DNA from: a virus | Lineage: Duplodnaviria; Caudoviricetes | IMG/VR virus record: IMGVR_UViG_3300005758_000016 | Location: 1-60,088 of that record | Length of the DNA: 60,088 nucleotides | Direction: 5' to 3' (one strand) | Shown here: one piece after another, positions 39,859 through 49,902 of the stretch | Numbering within the stretch: position 1 is the stretch's first letter | Layout of the letters: every line of letters starts with the position of its first letter | Made by a program: the position numbers and the translations under genes | Notes under the pieces: model-generated | What the model was told of the DNA's origin: nothing | Seen by the model: the letters and a program-made list of their open reading frames with translations, nothing else | Databases searched by the model: none

Positions 39859-40652
39859 AGCCAGGGTAATTCTGCTGTGTCAGGTTGTTTTAGTTTGTGT
39901 TTTAACTCTACATGGCGATCTGGTCGTCCCACTGGTTTAAAAATCTCACCAGAGACAAGTGGGTCTGGCATATGATCCCAGTTCTTGAAATCTAGAATCA
40001 TGTAAGGTGTTCGTTTTGTTGGGTGAGCTAACCAAATCTGTGTAAGAATTGTTTGAGTGAGTTTTGGCAGGTGACCAATTTCTGTGGCCTGAACTCCTGT
40101 TAGTGCCCAAGTAGAATCAGCAGGTTTTAGTGTACCCGCTTTCTCACCAGCTTTGTTAAGTAGCCCCTGATTACGTAGCTCCAGCAGCCGTTCTGACCCT
40201 AAATCGCACCAACTGTAGTCGTCGTGGTGGAGGGCTTCATAGAGTTTGGGTTCTAGAATGTACTCCAGGTTTGGTAGTCCACGCCATGACTGGTAAGGCA
40301 CATTCTGATACCGCTTAAATCCCATTAGGATAAGCGGAGTAAGTTGACCGTAATCTGGATTCTTGGCTTGTAGGTCTAGTATCTTACTGCGTGTTAGCCT
40401 GCTCAACTTCCATAACACCAGCGGTTTAGGATCAGTTCCGCAATTTTGTTTTAGTGTAGCTAAAATATCTGGACTACCTGCTGCATCCCGAACTAGGGTC
40501 CATGACCCAAAATATGCTACCATCTGAGGTAGCAACCAGCCGGAGTAGGTGGACAGCTTATGCAATTTAACCCAGTCTTCCAGCTCACTTTGAGTTAAAC
40601 CACTTAACATTTTGTAGTCAAGTGCATCCAAGTCTTGTTTCTTTATTAACAT
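39855..40652 (-). CDS. Hypothetical protein
   Basis: 265-aa ORF coupled to the A2-like gene. Confidence 0.7.
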   Translation of the reverse strand: MLIKKQDLDALDYKMLSGLTQSELEDWVKLHKLSTYSGWLLPQMVAYFGSWTLVRDAAGSPDILATLKQNCGTDPKPLVLWKLSRLTRSKILDLQAKNPDYGQLTPLILMGFKRYQNVPYQSWRGLPNLEYILEPKLYEALHHDDYSWCDLGSERLLELRNQGLLNKAGEKAGTLKPADSTWALTGVQATEIGHLPKLTQTILTQIWLAHPTKRTPYMILDFKNWDHMPDPLVSGEIFKPVGRPDRHVELKHKLKQPDTAELPWL

Positions 40653-40915
40653 TATTTTAGCTTTAGTGATTATTTTAATAAAACAATTTGCCCAATTAAG
40701 CAGTTGCTATCGGTTTGTAAATTCATTTATGATTGACCCTAAATCGAAAAAATTTGCCCTGTCTCTGGGCCCCTCCGACGTAGCGGATCCTCACCAGTAC
40801 ATGACAATTTCTATGATTGAGTGCAATCATATGAATTCAAACCGAGTATTAAATCTTTAGAATTTATACTAAATTATAGCATACTCGGCATATAGAACAC
40901 AAGTGCAGATTTCTA

Positions 40916-41312
40916 TCACCCCATGAGGGCTTGATATTTCCGAATAGTGCTGGTAGTCGACGGTTTAGGGTCCAGGTACTGCACTTCTTCTAGTGCCCAG
41001 ATAATAGCTTGAAAATCTTCTAGTTCACCTGTGAGTTCTTGGAGATTAGTGGTGGTTGTGTGGCCCAAATCGTCTGATCTTGCTCACAGCTTGGATAACC
41101 TCAGCGGCCTCTTCTTGCAGTTTATCTAGCAACCACTGATGGTCGGGCATGTGTGGCGGTAAGTCTTGTAGCAGTGGAGGCAGGGTAGGTGGAATGGGAG
41201 TGCACTCGTCACGGTCTTCTTGGGGCACATGTGCATCACACCAGTAGTGTGTGCCGGCGTGTTGTGTGTGGTTGACCAGTGTGGCTGGTTTGTCGCAGCG
41301 AAAACATTTCAT
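40916..41312 (-). pseudogene. MazG-like pyrophosphohydrolase, frameshifted
   Basis: EEAAEVIQAVSKIRRFG then stop at 41046; the expected second motif TNLQELTGELED continues in another frame to 40916. Confidence 0.65.
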
Positions 41313-41501
41313 TTATCGTCCCATACTTTCTGGTTGCAACATCCAGCCTAGGTCGCTGGCGTATTTGGTGAGTTCGGCTACGCGGTATCGTAGTTTGCAG
41401 ATTTCGTCTAGGAGTTGGTCTTGTGTAGCTGTACCAAACTCCTCTTGCACTGCAATCTGAATAGTGAGTTTTTGTCGTAGTGTTAGTTGAGCGGGAATCA
41501 T
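41313..41501 (-). CDS. Hypothetical protein
   Basis: ORF in a tightly packed operon. Confidence 0.5.
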   Translation of the reverse strand: MIPAQLTLRQKLTIQIAVQEEFGTATQDQLLDEICKLRYRVAELTKYASDLGWMLQPESMGR

Positions 41502-41669
41502 TGTTCAAACCTTTGCTGAATTTTGGTGAGTAGTTGGGCATATGCTTGTGGGTGTAGTTCTTGGTAAGCAATGACTAGCACTTCACTAACGGCAAGCATG
41601 ATAAGATGCTGCGCTTGAGTGTGTTCGGTTGTGCTGAAGCCGGCGTAGTCCAGCAGACGTTTAATTGTG

Positions 41670-42251
41670 TTACTCACAAGTCAACTCCCAGAATTTAAGA
41701 AAGGTCATATCAGTGGTGGTATAAGCCACGTGGTTGATGCGGAACTCACGGGGCTGGCGACCGTAGTCGCACTCCCAACACCACCACGAGATCCAGTCCC
41801 AGGCTTGTGGGCCAACCAGTTGTTGGACTAGACGTGTATAGTGGGGGTTGACCACGTCAAGATCAAGCACCTGATTGTCGGGTGAGATAGCTTGAAATGC
41901 TTGGTTAAGTTGCGTCTGTCGTGCGTCCGCTACTAGTTGAGCACCGACCCAGTCGTATGCAATTTGTCTGAGATCTAGTTTCATGTTATTTCCAGTTTTG
42001 TGTGTGTGTTGGTCCCAGTGCCTGTTGTCGCACAGCACCAGGACGATATTAAAACCCAGCAATCCAAGCTCTAGAGCCAGGCCTGCGTGGGAAACCTTGT
42101 GTGTAGCTTCAATACGCACACACAGTATGTCGGATGTGTGCATAACTTGTAGTTCCCACGATTTGTGTGTGCTTAGACTGCCACACCAAGTACATCCGGG
42201 ATTGAAGCGGTTGCTGTACGGGTTGGTTAACTGTAGGTTTAAGCGTATCAC
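41670..42251 (-). CDS. Hypothetical protein (possibly two in-frame genes)
   Basis: ORF track; internal GGA-ATG at MKLDLRQ. Confidence 0.55.
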   Translation of the reverse strand: MIRLNLQLTNPYSNRFNPGCTWCGSLSTHKSWELQVMHTSDILCVRIEATHKVSHAGLALELGLLGFNIVLVLCDNRHWDQHTHKTGNNMKLDLRQIAYDWVGAQLVADARQTQLNQAFQAISPDNQVLDLDVVNPHYTRLVQQLVGPQAWDWISWWCWECDYGRQPREFRINHVAYTTTDMTFLKFWELTCE

Positions 42252-42448
42252 TTGCTGTAGCCTTGTAGATAAGCTAGGACTCGTGCTAGAGCTGGACGGT
42301 TTAGTGGGCGGTTGGGTTCCTCATTTAGCCACTTGGCTAGTTCACGTACATCGGGTTCTGGGTTGTACGGTCGTGGCTGTAGTGGAATGCAGCCGTGTTT
42401 GCGGCAGTACACAACTGTTTCGCAGCTATCGCAGATGGTGTGGTTCAT
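42248..42448 (-). CDS. Hypothetical protein
   Basis: Coupled ORF with CxxC. Confidence 0.5.
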   Translation of the reverse strand: MNHTICDSCETVVYCRKHGCIPLQPRPYNPEPDVRELAKWLNEEPNRPLNRPALARVLAYLQGYSK

Positions 42449-42750
42449 ACTTTACTCAGTTCACGTTCAAGGGTTTCACGAAAGGTGCGTTCCAGTACTT
42501 CGTCTAGTGCTTCGTGTGCCAGCTCGTCGTGGAAGTCGTCTAGCGGGTACAGGTAGCGGGCTTCGCTAAGGTCAATGGTTGCACTAGTCTGTTTGCCGTG
42601 TGGAGCTTTCCACGTAGTGCGCAGTGCTGGCTCAAACCGCCACAAGACTCCAAACTGCTCTTTAGCTTGGACAATCTTGCCATTGCAGTCCCAGCCGGGA
42701 GTGTTGGTGGGTACGCCACGAACCATGCACAGTGTATTGGGTTTAATCAT
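42445..42750 (-). CDS. Hypothetical protein
   Basis: ATGA-coupled ORF. Confidence 0.55.
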   Translation of the reverse strand: MIKPNTLCMVRGVPTNTPGWDCNGKIVQAKEQFGVLWRFEPALRTTWKAPHGKQTSATIDLSEARYLYPLDDFHDELAHEALDEVLERTFRETLERELSKV

Positions 42751-42950
42751 TTCTTAGCCTCCAGAACTTCTAGTGTGTATGCACAAATTGCACACAGGTT
42801 TTTTACACGACTATTTAACAGCTCTATCATAGCCTCTTGCTCAGTTTTGGTTTTTGACTCCACTGCTTGTGCAAAAGTTTCTTGGTCTTTGTTGTCACGA
42901 TCAATAAATCGTTTTAGCACTTCTGCTGGTGTTACATTGTGATTAGTCAT
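42747..42950 (-). CDS. Hypothetical protein
   Basis: AAGGAG RBS before MTNHNV. Confidence 0.55.
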   Translation of the reverse strand: MTNHNVTPAEVLKRFIDRDNKDQETFAQAVESKTKTEQEAMIELLNSRVKNLCAICAYTLEVLEAKK

Positions 42951-43152
42951 TGTCGGACTCCTTGTGGGATACGTTGCATAGGACGGTAATAGCTTGCAGC
43001 TCGCCGTTGGTAAGCGGAAAGGTCTTGTCACCGATGGTAATGTCCCAGCCTTCACCGTTGTACCACTCACACACTTCTACTACTTCGTGTTTGCTAAGGT
43101 GGCAGTAGTTACGGAGTTCGGCGTAGACCGCGCGGCGTTTGTAAAATTTCAT
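42943..43152 (-). CDS. Hypothetical protein
   Basis: AGGAG RBS; upstream promoter TTGAAT..TATAAT. Confidence 0.6.
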   Translation of the reverse strand: MKFYKRRAVYAELRNYCHLSKHEVVEVCEWYNGEGWDITIGDKTFPLTNGELQAITVLCNVSHKESDND

Positions 43153-43406
43153 GGTTTTCTCCTGTGTAATACAACTATTATACCGCAAAACAAAAGGGCA
43201 TTCAAGCCGATAATAATCAGCGTGAATGCCCTTGTGGTGTTAAGCACATTATGGCTTGGAGTCTGGAAAAGGCCAGTTGTCCGGTACGGGGTACGGTTCA
43301 GGTGCTGGAGCTGCACTTTTACACACCATGTAAAATGCAAACGCACTGATCACGCCTAGTACTAAGAAGCACAGTGCAATAAATACTAGTAATTCAGTTG
43401 TCATGT

Positions 43407-44045
43407 TTAATCCCAAAGAGTTTCATAGTACTTGCCGAATAAGCGATAAGCGTTTGATAGGCGAGCGTGGTAGGCTTCCAACCCCTCACGATCCACCTTT
43501 AGCTGGCTAACCTGTGTGTTTAGGTTTTTGGTGCGATCTACCGCACTGTGGTCGTAGAAGCCGGACTCCACTGCTTCTTTGTCGTGACCAAACGCCCAGA
43601 TTAGTTCGTCCAGCAGCCAGTCGTAGCGTGGGTGCAGATTGTGGTCACTGTCCCACGGATTCTCACAGCCGTCACGAGCACCCGGTGCAGTGCTCTGCAA
43701 GGGGTCCGGTACGTCGGCATCATCCACAAAACCACTGCCATGCTTGGTCTGCTTGAGCCGGACCAGCATGGGGTGGATGATTAGCCTGAGTGTGTCGTCC
43801 ATGTTCCACACGTCGTAGTTGTCAATGTGCACATACACCTGACGCTTACGTTTGTCGTGAATCCACTGGCACAGATCAGCAAACCGGGTATTAGCCAGCC
43901 AATCACCGAGCCGGTCAGCCATACGAGCACGCCACCCAGGTTTGTAGTCCATGCAAAAACGATCTTTGTCAGGATTGCCTAGCAGTAGTTCAGCAATTTG
44001 ATAAGGCCCCCACCAGTTAAGGTACGGGCCAATTTTAACTTTCAT
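43407..44045 (-). CDS. Conserved phage hypothetical protein
   Basis: MKVKIGPY..W.MD.TL..LFGKYY..LWD pattern common in phages. Confidence 0.7.
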   Translation of the reverse strand: MKVKIGPYLNWWGPYQIAELLLGNPDKDRFCMDYKPGWRARMADRLGDWLANTRFADLCQWIHDKRKRQVYVHIDNYDVWNMDDTLRLIIHPMLVRLKQTKHGSGFVDDADVPDPLQSTAPGARDGCENPWDSDHNLHPRYDWLLDELIWAFGHDKEAVESGFYDHSAVDRTKNLNTQVSQLKVDREGLEAYHARLSNAYRLFGKYYETLWD

Positions 44046-44299
44046 GATGTATATACCTTAGTAACTTGTGCTGGTTTAGGTTTGCGCGTTGCTGCAAGCA
44101 GTTGTTTGGCTTCGTCTAATGTGGCAACAAGAAGCCACTTACCTGCAAAGCCCACATAGGTCCACCAGTAGTGGTCTGGGTGCACTCGTTGTGCGTCAAA
44201 ATACACCCAGCCCAGCATACTCAAGCTAAACCGGCGAACTGCATAAGCACGGCCACCGCCAAACTCCACAATGTGTGGTCGTAGTGGGTTATACAGCAT
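44042..44299 (-). CDS. Hypothetical protein
   Basis: GGAG RBS before MLYNP. Confidence 0.5.
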   Translation of the reverse strand: MLYNPLRPHIVEFGGGRAYAVRRFSLSMLGWVYFDAQRVHPDHYWWTYVGFAGKWLLVATLDEAKQLLAATRKPKPAQVTKVYTS

Positions 44300-44597
44300 C
44301 AAACAACTCCAGTTGGGCCACGTGGCTGTGAAGGTTTTCACGAGCACGATCATAGATTTCACACGGCTCTAGCAGTTCTGGCTCAAGACCCTCAACTGCA
44401 CAGGCGTACTGGGCTAGCGTGTGGTTGATTTCATCCCACATGGCTTCTGCACCGGCTTTGTAGGCCGCACGCATCCACCAGTTCCAGTTGTTGGCGTCGA
44501 TTGCATACATCTCACGAGTAGCTCCATATCCACTGTAGTCGTCGTGGTGATACCACTGGACAAATTCACGATCAAGGTTAAAGATTGGCTTCCGCAT
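44289..44597 (-). CDS. Hypothetical protein
   Basis: Coupled ORF. Confidence 0.55.
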   Translation of the reverse strand: MRKPIFNLDREFVQWYHHDDYSGYGATREMYAIDANNWNWWMRAAYKAGAEAMWDEINHTLAQYACAVEGLEPELLEPCEIYDRARENLHSHVAQLELFDAV

Positions 44598-44803
44598 TAG
44601 TAGGCTCCGGTTGAGTTGTCGATAGCGTTGCACAGGTCCGGCATCCAGGTGTCTACAACACGCAGCACCGCATCGTCGTCGCCGTGCTTGCGTGCACCGC
44701 GCAGTGCGTTATACAGGTCGCTGATGAGATTATGGTACTGGTGTGCATTAAGGTATACACGTGCTTCGTCGTGTGATTCGCAAGTAACTTCAAGTTTTAG
44801 CAT
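44597..44803 (-). CDS. Hypothetical protein
   Basis: Coupled ORF. Confidence 0.55.
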   Translation of the reverse strand: MLKLEVTCESHDEARVYLNAHQYHNLISDLYNALRGARKHGDDDAVLRVVDTWMPDLCNAIDNSTGAY

Positions 44804-44984
44804 ATTTGTTTAGTTGTTTGAGTGTGTTAAGATCAGTAACTGGCTGATAGTTTGACTTAGCCAGTGGTACAATAGTGTGTTTGTAGTCTCGTGCCACACG
44901 CTCACCACACGGCAAACAAGTATGGCGACCCAGTGCCCAACGTCTGGGATTTACTTCATCACTGCATCGGACGCAAAAATACAT
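44790..44984 (-). CDS. Small zinc-finger protein (TraR/DksA C4-like)
   Basis: CxxC..R..LG..TCLPC; GGAG RBS and upstream promoter. Confidence 0.6.
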   Translation of the reverse strand: MYFCVRCSDEVNPRRWALGRHTCLPCGERVARDYKHTIVPLAKSNYQPVTDLNTLKQLNKYAKT

Positions 44985-45043
44985 AATTGATCTCCAACTG
45001 AATAAAGATTATTATACCCGGAGTCAGTTGGCAAATCAACTGT

Positions 45044-45400
45044 TTATTTTCGCATTGCCTTTACTAACTGCTGTGTTAGACTACGAATAGCTTGCTTGTA
45101 ACTGTGCACAGCTTGTAGCTGACCAGGCAACCACTCGGGCTTTAGGCTCAGTGCCAGCTCTTCGTCATCGGTGATCAGTATGGGCTTGAGCGTGCCGTCG
45201 CGCCAACGCAGCTTTTCACAGCGAATGGTTACTGTTTCAGGCGGCTCAAAGTTCGGCGGTTTAGTTAAGTCTTCCCAGCTTGGCGGCTTGAGTGCAGCTA
45301 TTCGCACTGCACCTTGACGCTCTAGTTGGTCCAGCAACCATAGTGGGAGATCCAGCACTGTAATCGGCTCAAAGTCCGCGGTGTATAGTACTACGTTCAT
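45044..45400 (-). CDS. Hypothetical protein
   Basis: ATGA-coupled ORF. Confidence 0.6.
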   Translation of the reverse strand: MNVVLYTADFEPITVLDLPLWLLDQLERQGAVRIAALKPPSWEDLTKPPNFEPPETVTIRCEKLRWRDGTLKPILITDDEELALSLKPEWLPGQLQAVHSYKQAIRSLTQQLVKAMRK

Positions 45401-45552
45401 GTTTTCTTACTAAGCACCCATGTATTTGTAGTATTTTCGTGTTGTGACCACTCAATCGTATCGCCCACACTCCAGCCTACCTGGTCTAATAATTCCGGCG
45501 GTAGTTCTATGTAGAATTCGCCGCTTTCGTCTTGTTGTACTTTGATTACCAT
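45397..45552 (-). CDS. AbrB/MazE-like small DNA-binding protein
   Basis: IELP.ELL..VGW..GD.IEW. Confidence 0.6.
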   Translation of the reverse strand: MVIKVQQDESGEFYIELPPELLDQVGWSVGDTIEWSQHENTTNTWVLSKKT

Positions 45553-46466
45553 TGTGCTTCTCCTGGAATAAGTTTGCGATGCTGAATCCAGCCACGCAGG
45601 TTGCCACTCCACAGGTCGCCATTAGCACTTACGTGAGTAACTCCGTATTCCCACGTTTCTGGTTCGTAGTTGCAATAGGTACGTAAGTCCATTGGTGTAG
45701 CCTGGTGCTCAACTGGAGAGGCGTGACACGGCTGTGAATTGATTAACTGGTCAAAGATTTTTTGAGCCTTCTCGATACTATCATCGTTCTTACGATACGA
45801 CACTTGAGCACAACAGCTAGCGCTGATAATACGTGCCGTTTCTGCACTAATATACTGATCGTTGCTATCAACGTAATGCAGCACGCCAGTATGAGAATCG
45901 CGATAGGTAGTGACATAGGGAACATGCCATTCTCCAGGTTGTAAGTGTTGCGGTGTGGAGGCATTGTAGGCATCCCACATAGCTACCGCAAGTTGGTGAA
46001 TTTCAGGCTGTGCATCAGCATGTGCACGCAGCCAAAAGAAGTTACGCCACTCAGTACCACTAATAACCGTTTTCATTGTCATCCACGGTTCAGTAATCCT
46101 GTTAGCAATTTGTTTGTGCAAGCCTACACGGTCTGCAAGTGCCCATGCCCAGTGAATAGCATCGTCCATTGCTCGACGCCAGATAAACTTGGCATCAGCC
46201 AGGTCGTTATCTGTTAGTTCCGCCTTGGCTTGCATTCCAGGCTGATTTTTACCCCAGTGAACTGGTGTAGCTGGGTGGTTGCGAATATGTTCGTGCATAG
46301 TCTTGACTGGAATAGCACGACTACTGGCACTATTCTTAGACAGCATACGATGAGTATTCAACTCCGCCAGGATAAATCGTGGATACTCAATCTCCATGGT
46401 GGTCATTCGAGTACCTTGGGGACTAACTGAATCAGCTAGGATTTTCGCAGAGATCTGTGATTGCAT
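45546..46466 (-). CDS. thyX: Flavin-dependent thymidylate synthase
   Basis: AELNTHR..S.NSASSRAIP, HKQ.ANR..EP, LR.H.DAQPEI. Confidence 0.85.
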   Translation of the reverse strand: MQSQISAKILADSVSPQGTRMTTMEIEYPRFILAELNTHRMLSKNSASSRAIPVKTMHEHIRNHPATPVHWGKNQPGMQAKAELTDNDLADAKFIWRRAMDDAIHWAWALADRVGLHKQIANRITEPWMTMKTVISGTEWRNFFWLRAHADAQPEIHQLAVAMWDAYNASTPQHLQPGEWHVPYVTTYRDSHTGVLHYVDSNDQYISAETARIISASCCAQVSYRKNDDSIEKAQKIFDQLINSQPCHASPVEHQATPMDLRTYCNYEPETWEYGVTHVSANGDLWSGNLRGWIQHRKLIPGEAQW

Positions 46467-46638
46467 ATTGTGTAATAGTAAGTGGAAATGGTGAAGTAGA
46501 GTCTAGTGTGAATAAGGCATTGTACTCGTGAGTATCGTCACGATACGTTTCGATGTATAGTGGGCGGCCTGCGGCTAGTTTACGTTCGTAACTAACTAGC
46601 CTGCAGGTTGCACGAATTTCAAGGTAACCTTCGTTCAT
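46432..46638 (-). CDS. Hypothetical protein
   Basis: Coupled ORF. Confidence 0.45.
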   Translation of the reverse strand: MNEGYLEIRATCRLVSYERKLAAGRPLYIETYRDDTHEYNALFTLDSTSPFPLTITQYAITDLCENPS

Positions 46639-47387
46639 ATTGTGATAGTTTTGTATGGATCAAAATGCTGACCCTCATCCGCAGCAGTCCAGTAACCGTG
46701 AGGGTTTGCAACAACACGGGTCTCGCCCAACCACAAGTCTACCGGGTCGTGAGTGTGTCCAAACATCCACGTGGTGTCACGCAAGTCCCAGATCCAGTCA
46801 CCTAGGTTGTTGGCAAAGTAGTCGTTTAGGCCACTGTTATCAGATTTAAAACGTGGGCTAATGCACTCACGAGCTGGTAAGAAGTGTGTAACAATCACCT
46901 TGGGTCCCACAAAATTTTCGTAAGCCATCTTCAGATACTCACGATCAAGGTAGTACTGCTCCACCGCGTCCCCTGGCTTAAAGTCACGAATTAAACGAAA
47001 GTCTGCAATCATCTTGCGTGCAGCGTGTTCACTCAGTGGGTCTTTGTTGAAGTTAGTCCATAAGGTAGCTCCAATAAACCACACACCACCAAGCTGCACA
47101 GTGTCACGGTGCAAGAAGTGCACATTGTCTAGCTTTGCACACTTAGCAATCATCTTGCTATTGAATTCGTCAAAGCTGCTGCCGTAGTACTCGTGATTGC
47201 CAGGTACGTACACAACTTGGGGAAAGATGTTGGCAAAGTGCTGCAACACTTCCACAGTGTTCTTGCTTCCGCTGGCAATATCGCCAGCTAACACTAGCAC
47301 ATCTTCGCCGTGATAGTCGTTAAACGGCTGAGACTTATACGGTAGCCGGAACTCCGTATGCAGGTCGCTCATTAGTCGTATTTTCAT
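46635..47387 (-). CDS. Metallophosphoesterase
   Basis: DLH, GD, GNHE, TH, GHTH motifs. Confidence 0.9.
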   Translation of the reverse strand: MKIRLMSDLHTEFRLPYKSQPFNDYHGEDVLVLAGDIASGSKNTVEVLQHFANIFPQVVYVPGNHEYYGSSFDEFNSKMIAKCAKLDNVHFLHRDTVQLGGVWFIGATLWTNFNKDPLSEHAARKMIADFRLIRDFKPGDAVEQYYLDREYLKMAYENFVGPKVIVTHFLPARECISPRFKSDNSGLNDYFANNLGDWIWDLRDTTWMFGHTHDPVDLWLGETRVVANPHGYWTAADEGQHFDPYKTITI

Positions 47388-47464
47388 AATTTTATCCTTT
47401 AATCACATATTATAACACATAAAGCAAAGGCCAGCAAGTCTAAAACAACTTGACTGGCCCTGCT

Positions 47465-47950
47465 TTAGTGATAAAAAATGTGGTTGCCAATAGTGGCTGC
47501 TACCTGCATGCTGCGACGCCACCGTGGCTTTACCTGTTTGGTGTGAAAGTGTGTGGCGTGAAAGTTTGGTATGTGTAGTGTACCACGCAACACAGCTCGT
47601 GCAATAATCATGCTTTCACGCCAGGCTTTGGTATCCCGTACAGGTTTGCGCTTGGTTAGCGTCCAAGAAAACTGTGCGTGCTGGTATACAACCGCGCACA
47701 GGTTACTTGGCCACAGTTTATGTTTAGCGCGATTTAGTGTGACTTGTGCTACTGCTACCTGACCCCAAAATGACTCACCACGACTTTCGTGGTAGATGTT
47801 ACGTGCTAGGCAATCTACCTGTCGGGCATCAGCTGCCGCGGTGTGGATACCCAAGGTGCGATCCGCCGGCGCCTGTACTAGTAAACGTCCAGGGAGGAGT
47901 AGGGGCAGTAGGCACAAACACACCAGTACTTTTTTGCTGAGTGTGCTCAT
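47465..47950 (-). CDS. Cell wall hydrolase (SleB/Hydrolase_2)
   Basis: CLARNIYHESRGE..VAQV.LNR..QFSW..IGNHIFY. Confidence 0.9.
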   Translation of the reverse strand: MSTLSKKVLVCLCLLPLLLPGRLLVQAPADRTLGIHTAAADARQVDCLARNIYHESRGESFWGQVAVAQVTLNRAKHKLWPSNLCAVVYQHAQFSWTLTKRKPVRDTKAWRESMIIARAVLRGTLHIPNFHATHFHTKQVKPRWRRSMQVAATIGNHIFYH

Positions 47951-48006
47951 GTTGTTGTCCTTTGAGTTGTGCAATCAGTTCTAGTATAACGTCGACAGCT
48001 TCGGCT

Positions 48007-48294
48007 TCATCCTTGGTTGCTAGACTCAGTTCCGCTTTGTGTGCTAGACGCCCCGCTAGATTGATTGCTTTGTAAAAATTGTATTTGCTCATGTAGCTGG
48101 GCATTATCACGTTGAAGTTGAGTGATTACTCGTGCATTTGCTTGGTCAATTTCCAGCAGCTTTTGTAGTGCGCGAGCAGCTTGTAGGCTTGTGCTAGTAG
48201 GCGCGCGGCGTTCTTCACGACGAACGCCCGCAGCATCAGTTACAATAACAGTTTCGCCTGAGACCAGGCGTTGAATTAATTGTTGTGCGTCCAT
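48007..48294 (-). CDS. Hypothetical coiled-coil protein
   Basis: ORF with upstream promoter. Confidence 0.55.
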   Translation of the reverse strand: MDAQQLIQRLVSGETVIVTDAAGVRREERRAPTSTSLQAARALQKLLEIDQANARVITQLQRDNAQLHEQIQFLQSNQSSGASSTQSGTESSNQG

Positions 48295-48582
48295 AGTAGT
48301 TTGTGGCGTAATGTGTTATTATAACACAGCAACCACTGCACGGCAAGTGTAAAATTTTGTGTGGGGGTTGCGCCAAACCGCAAAAATTTGTGCTTGATAG
48401 TGTGGTGGTGTAGTGTTATAATTAACACATCCCATACTACGAGGTCAGCCAGATGACATTTAGTGAATACATGGCCAAGTACGGTTGGCGAGACTATACA
48501 GAATACTGTTATGCACGAGGCATAAAGCCTGTGCTAGACGCACCCATAAAACCACAGAAGATTTGCAGACTTTGCACACACT

Positions 48583-49107
48583 ATGAAGAAACCACACAAA
48601 CCAGGACCACAACAGGCAGCACGAATGAACAACATCCGCGAACAAATTGAACTAGATACAGTTGTAGGTAAGATCGAACAACTAAACAAGCCGTTTGACC
48701 TAAGCAAACACTTGCCAGGCACTAGTGCTAGTGATTTACCAAAAGCAATTCCAGATAACGTACAGATTTCGCCAGAAACATTAGCTGCAATCCAAAAACA
48801 ATTTGGTGCAGTTAAACACGATCAAGATAAACTACCACTACACCTTCTTTCCACAGAAGCACTAAACCAAACTGCGGCAGTATTAAAGTTTGGAGCACAA
48901 AAGTATGCTGAACATAACTGGCGCAAAGGCTTTGCATGGAGCCGACCCTTAGCTGCAGCAATGCGTCATCTTACCGCGTTTAATGCTGGTGAAGACCGTG
49001 ACCCAGAATCGGGAATATCACACCTTGCACATGCAGCTTGTTGCATTATGTTTTTATTGGAGTTCGAAAAAACTCACCCACACTTAGATGACAGATACAA
49101 ACCATAA
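48583..49107 (+). CDS. dATP/dGTP diphosphohydrolase (DUF5664-like)
   Basis: K.D..K..L..FGA.KY..NW.KG..AA.RH..DPESG..HLAHA.C...FL. Confidence 0.85.
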   Translation: MKKPHKPGPQQAARMNNIREQIELDTVVGKIEQLNKPFDLSKHLPGTSASDLPKAIPDNVQISPETLAAIQKQFGAVKHDQDKLPLHLLSTEALNQTAAVLKFGAQKYAEHNWRKGFAWSRPLAAAMRHLTAFNAGEDRDPESGISHLAHAACCIMFLLEFEKTHPHLDDRYKP

Positions 49108-49321
49108 CTATAAGCGGCTAGCCAAGTACCTCGGCCGTACCCGTAAAACCCTGTGGGAAGCCTGCCGCGACCTAGACATTGACATGGACTACATAGACGA
49201 CGCCACGCTAGACCAGCACGTGCAGGAGTGTTCACACTGCGGTATCTGGGGCAGTGACCACCAGCATGATACCGACGATTTTCCTGTGTGCAAGCTGTGC
49301 CTTTCGCTAGTAGGCCGATAA
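49088..49321 (+). CDS. Zinc-ribbon hypothetical protein
   Basis: CxxC..CxxC. Confidence 0.55.
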   Translation: MTDTNHNYKRLAKYLGRTRKTLWEACRDLDIDMDYIDDATLDQHVQECSHCGIWGSDHQHDTDDFPVCKLCLSLVGR

Positions 49322-49364
49322 ATTTGCCGTTGAAACCCGCAGCCCAATCCACTATAATAATCAC

Positions 49365-49826
49365 ATGATTTACCAAAACAGTTATATGAATACCAATCCT
49401 TTTGCTAGTGGAACTAAAAATGCTGCAATCTTTGACACAAATGCTCCATACTCAAATCCTTATCAAGGCACTGCTCCTCGCTGGCTTTTTGTGTGTAGTG
49501 CTGGCCTCCTGCGAAGCCCAACCGGTGCCGCTTTAGCGGTTCAGCGCGGCATTAATGCTCGTAGTTGTGGTTCGAACTTTAACTACGCGTTAATCCCTTG
49601 CAGTGCCAACCTGGTTAACTGGGCTGACAAGATCGTATTTGTTAATCGTGAGAACCTGTGGCAGCTAGAGGACAACTTCCTGGGCCATAAAGACTTGCTG
49701 GAGCAAATTGAGCGCAAGCAAATTGTGCTGGACATTCCAGACAACTACGAGTACATGGACCCTCAACTGGTGCAACTCTACGAAACCGAGCTGTTCCAGG
49801 TATACGGTCCAGTTACCACCAAATAA
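49365..49826 (+). CDS. Low-molecular-weight phosphotyrosine phosphatase-like protein
   Basis: FVCSAGLLRS (CX5R) and LDIPD. Confidence 0.8.
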   Translation: MIYQNSYMNTNPFASGTKNAAIFDTNAPYSNPYQGTAPRWLFVCSAGLLRSPTGAALAVQRGINARSCGSNFNYALIPCSANLVNWADKIVFVNRENLWQLEDNFLGHKDLLEQIERKQIVLDIPDNYEYMDPQLVQLYETELFQVYGPVTTK

Positions 49827-49902
49827 CCGTCTGTAGCTCAGAGGATAGAGCAGGAATCTTCTAAGTTCTTGGTCGGGCGTTCGAATCGCTCCAGACGGGC
49901 CA
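49827..49902 (+). tRNA. tRNA-Arg(UCU)
   Basis: Cloverleaf, loop CTTCTAA, CCA. Confidence 0.92.
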
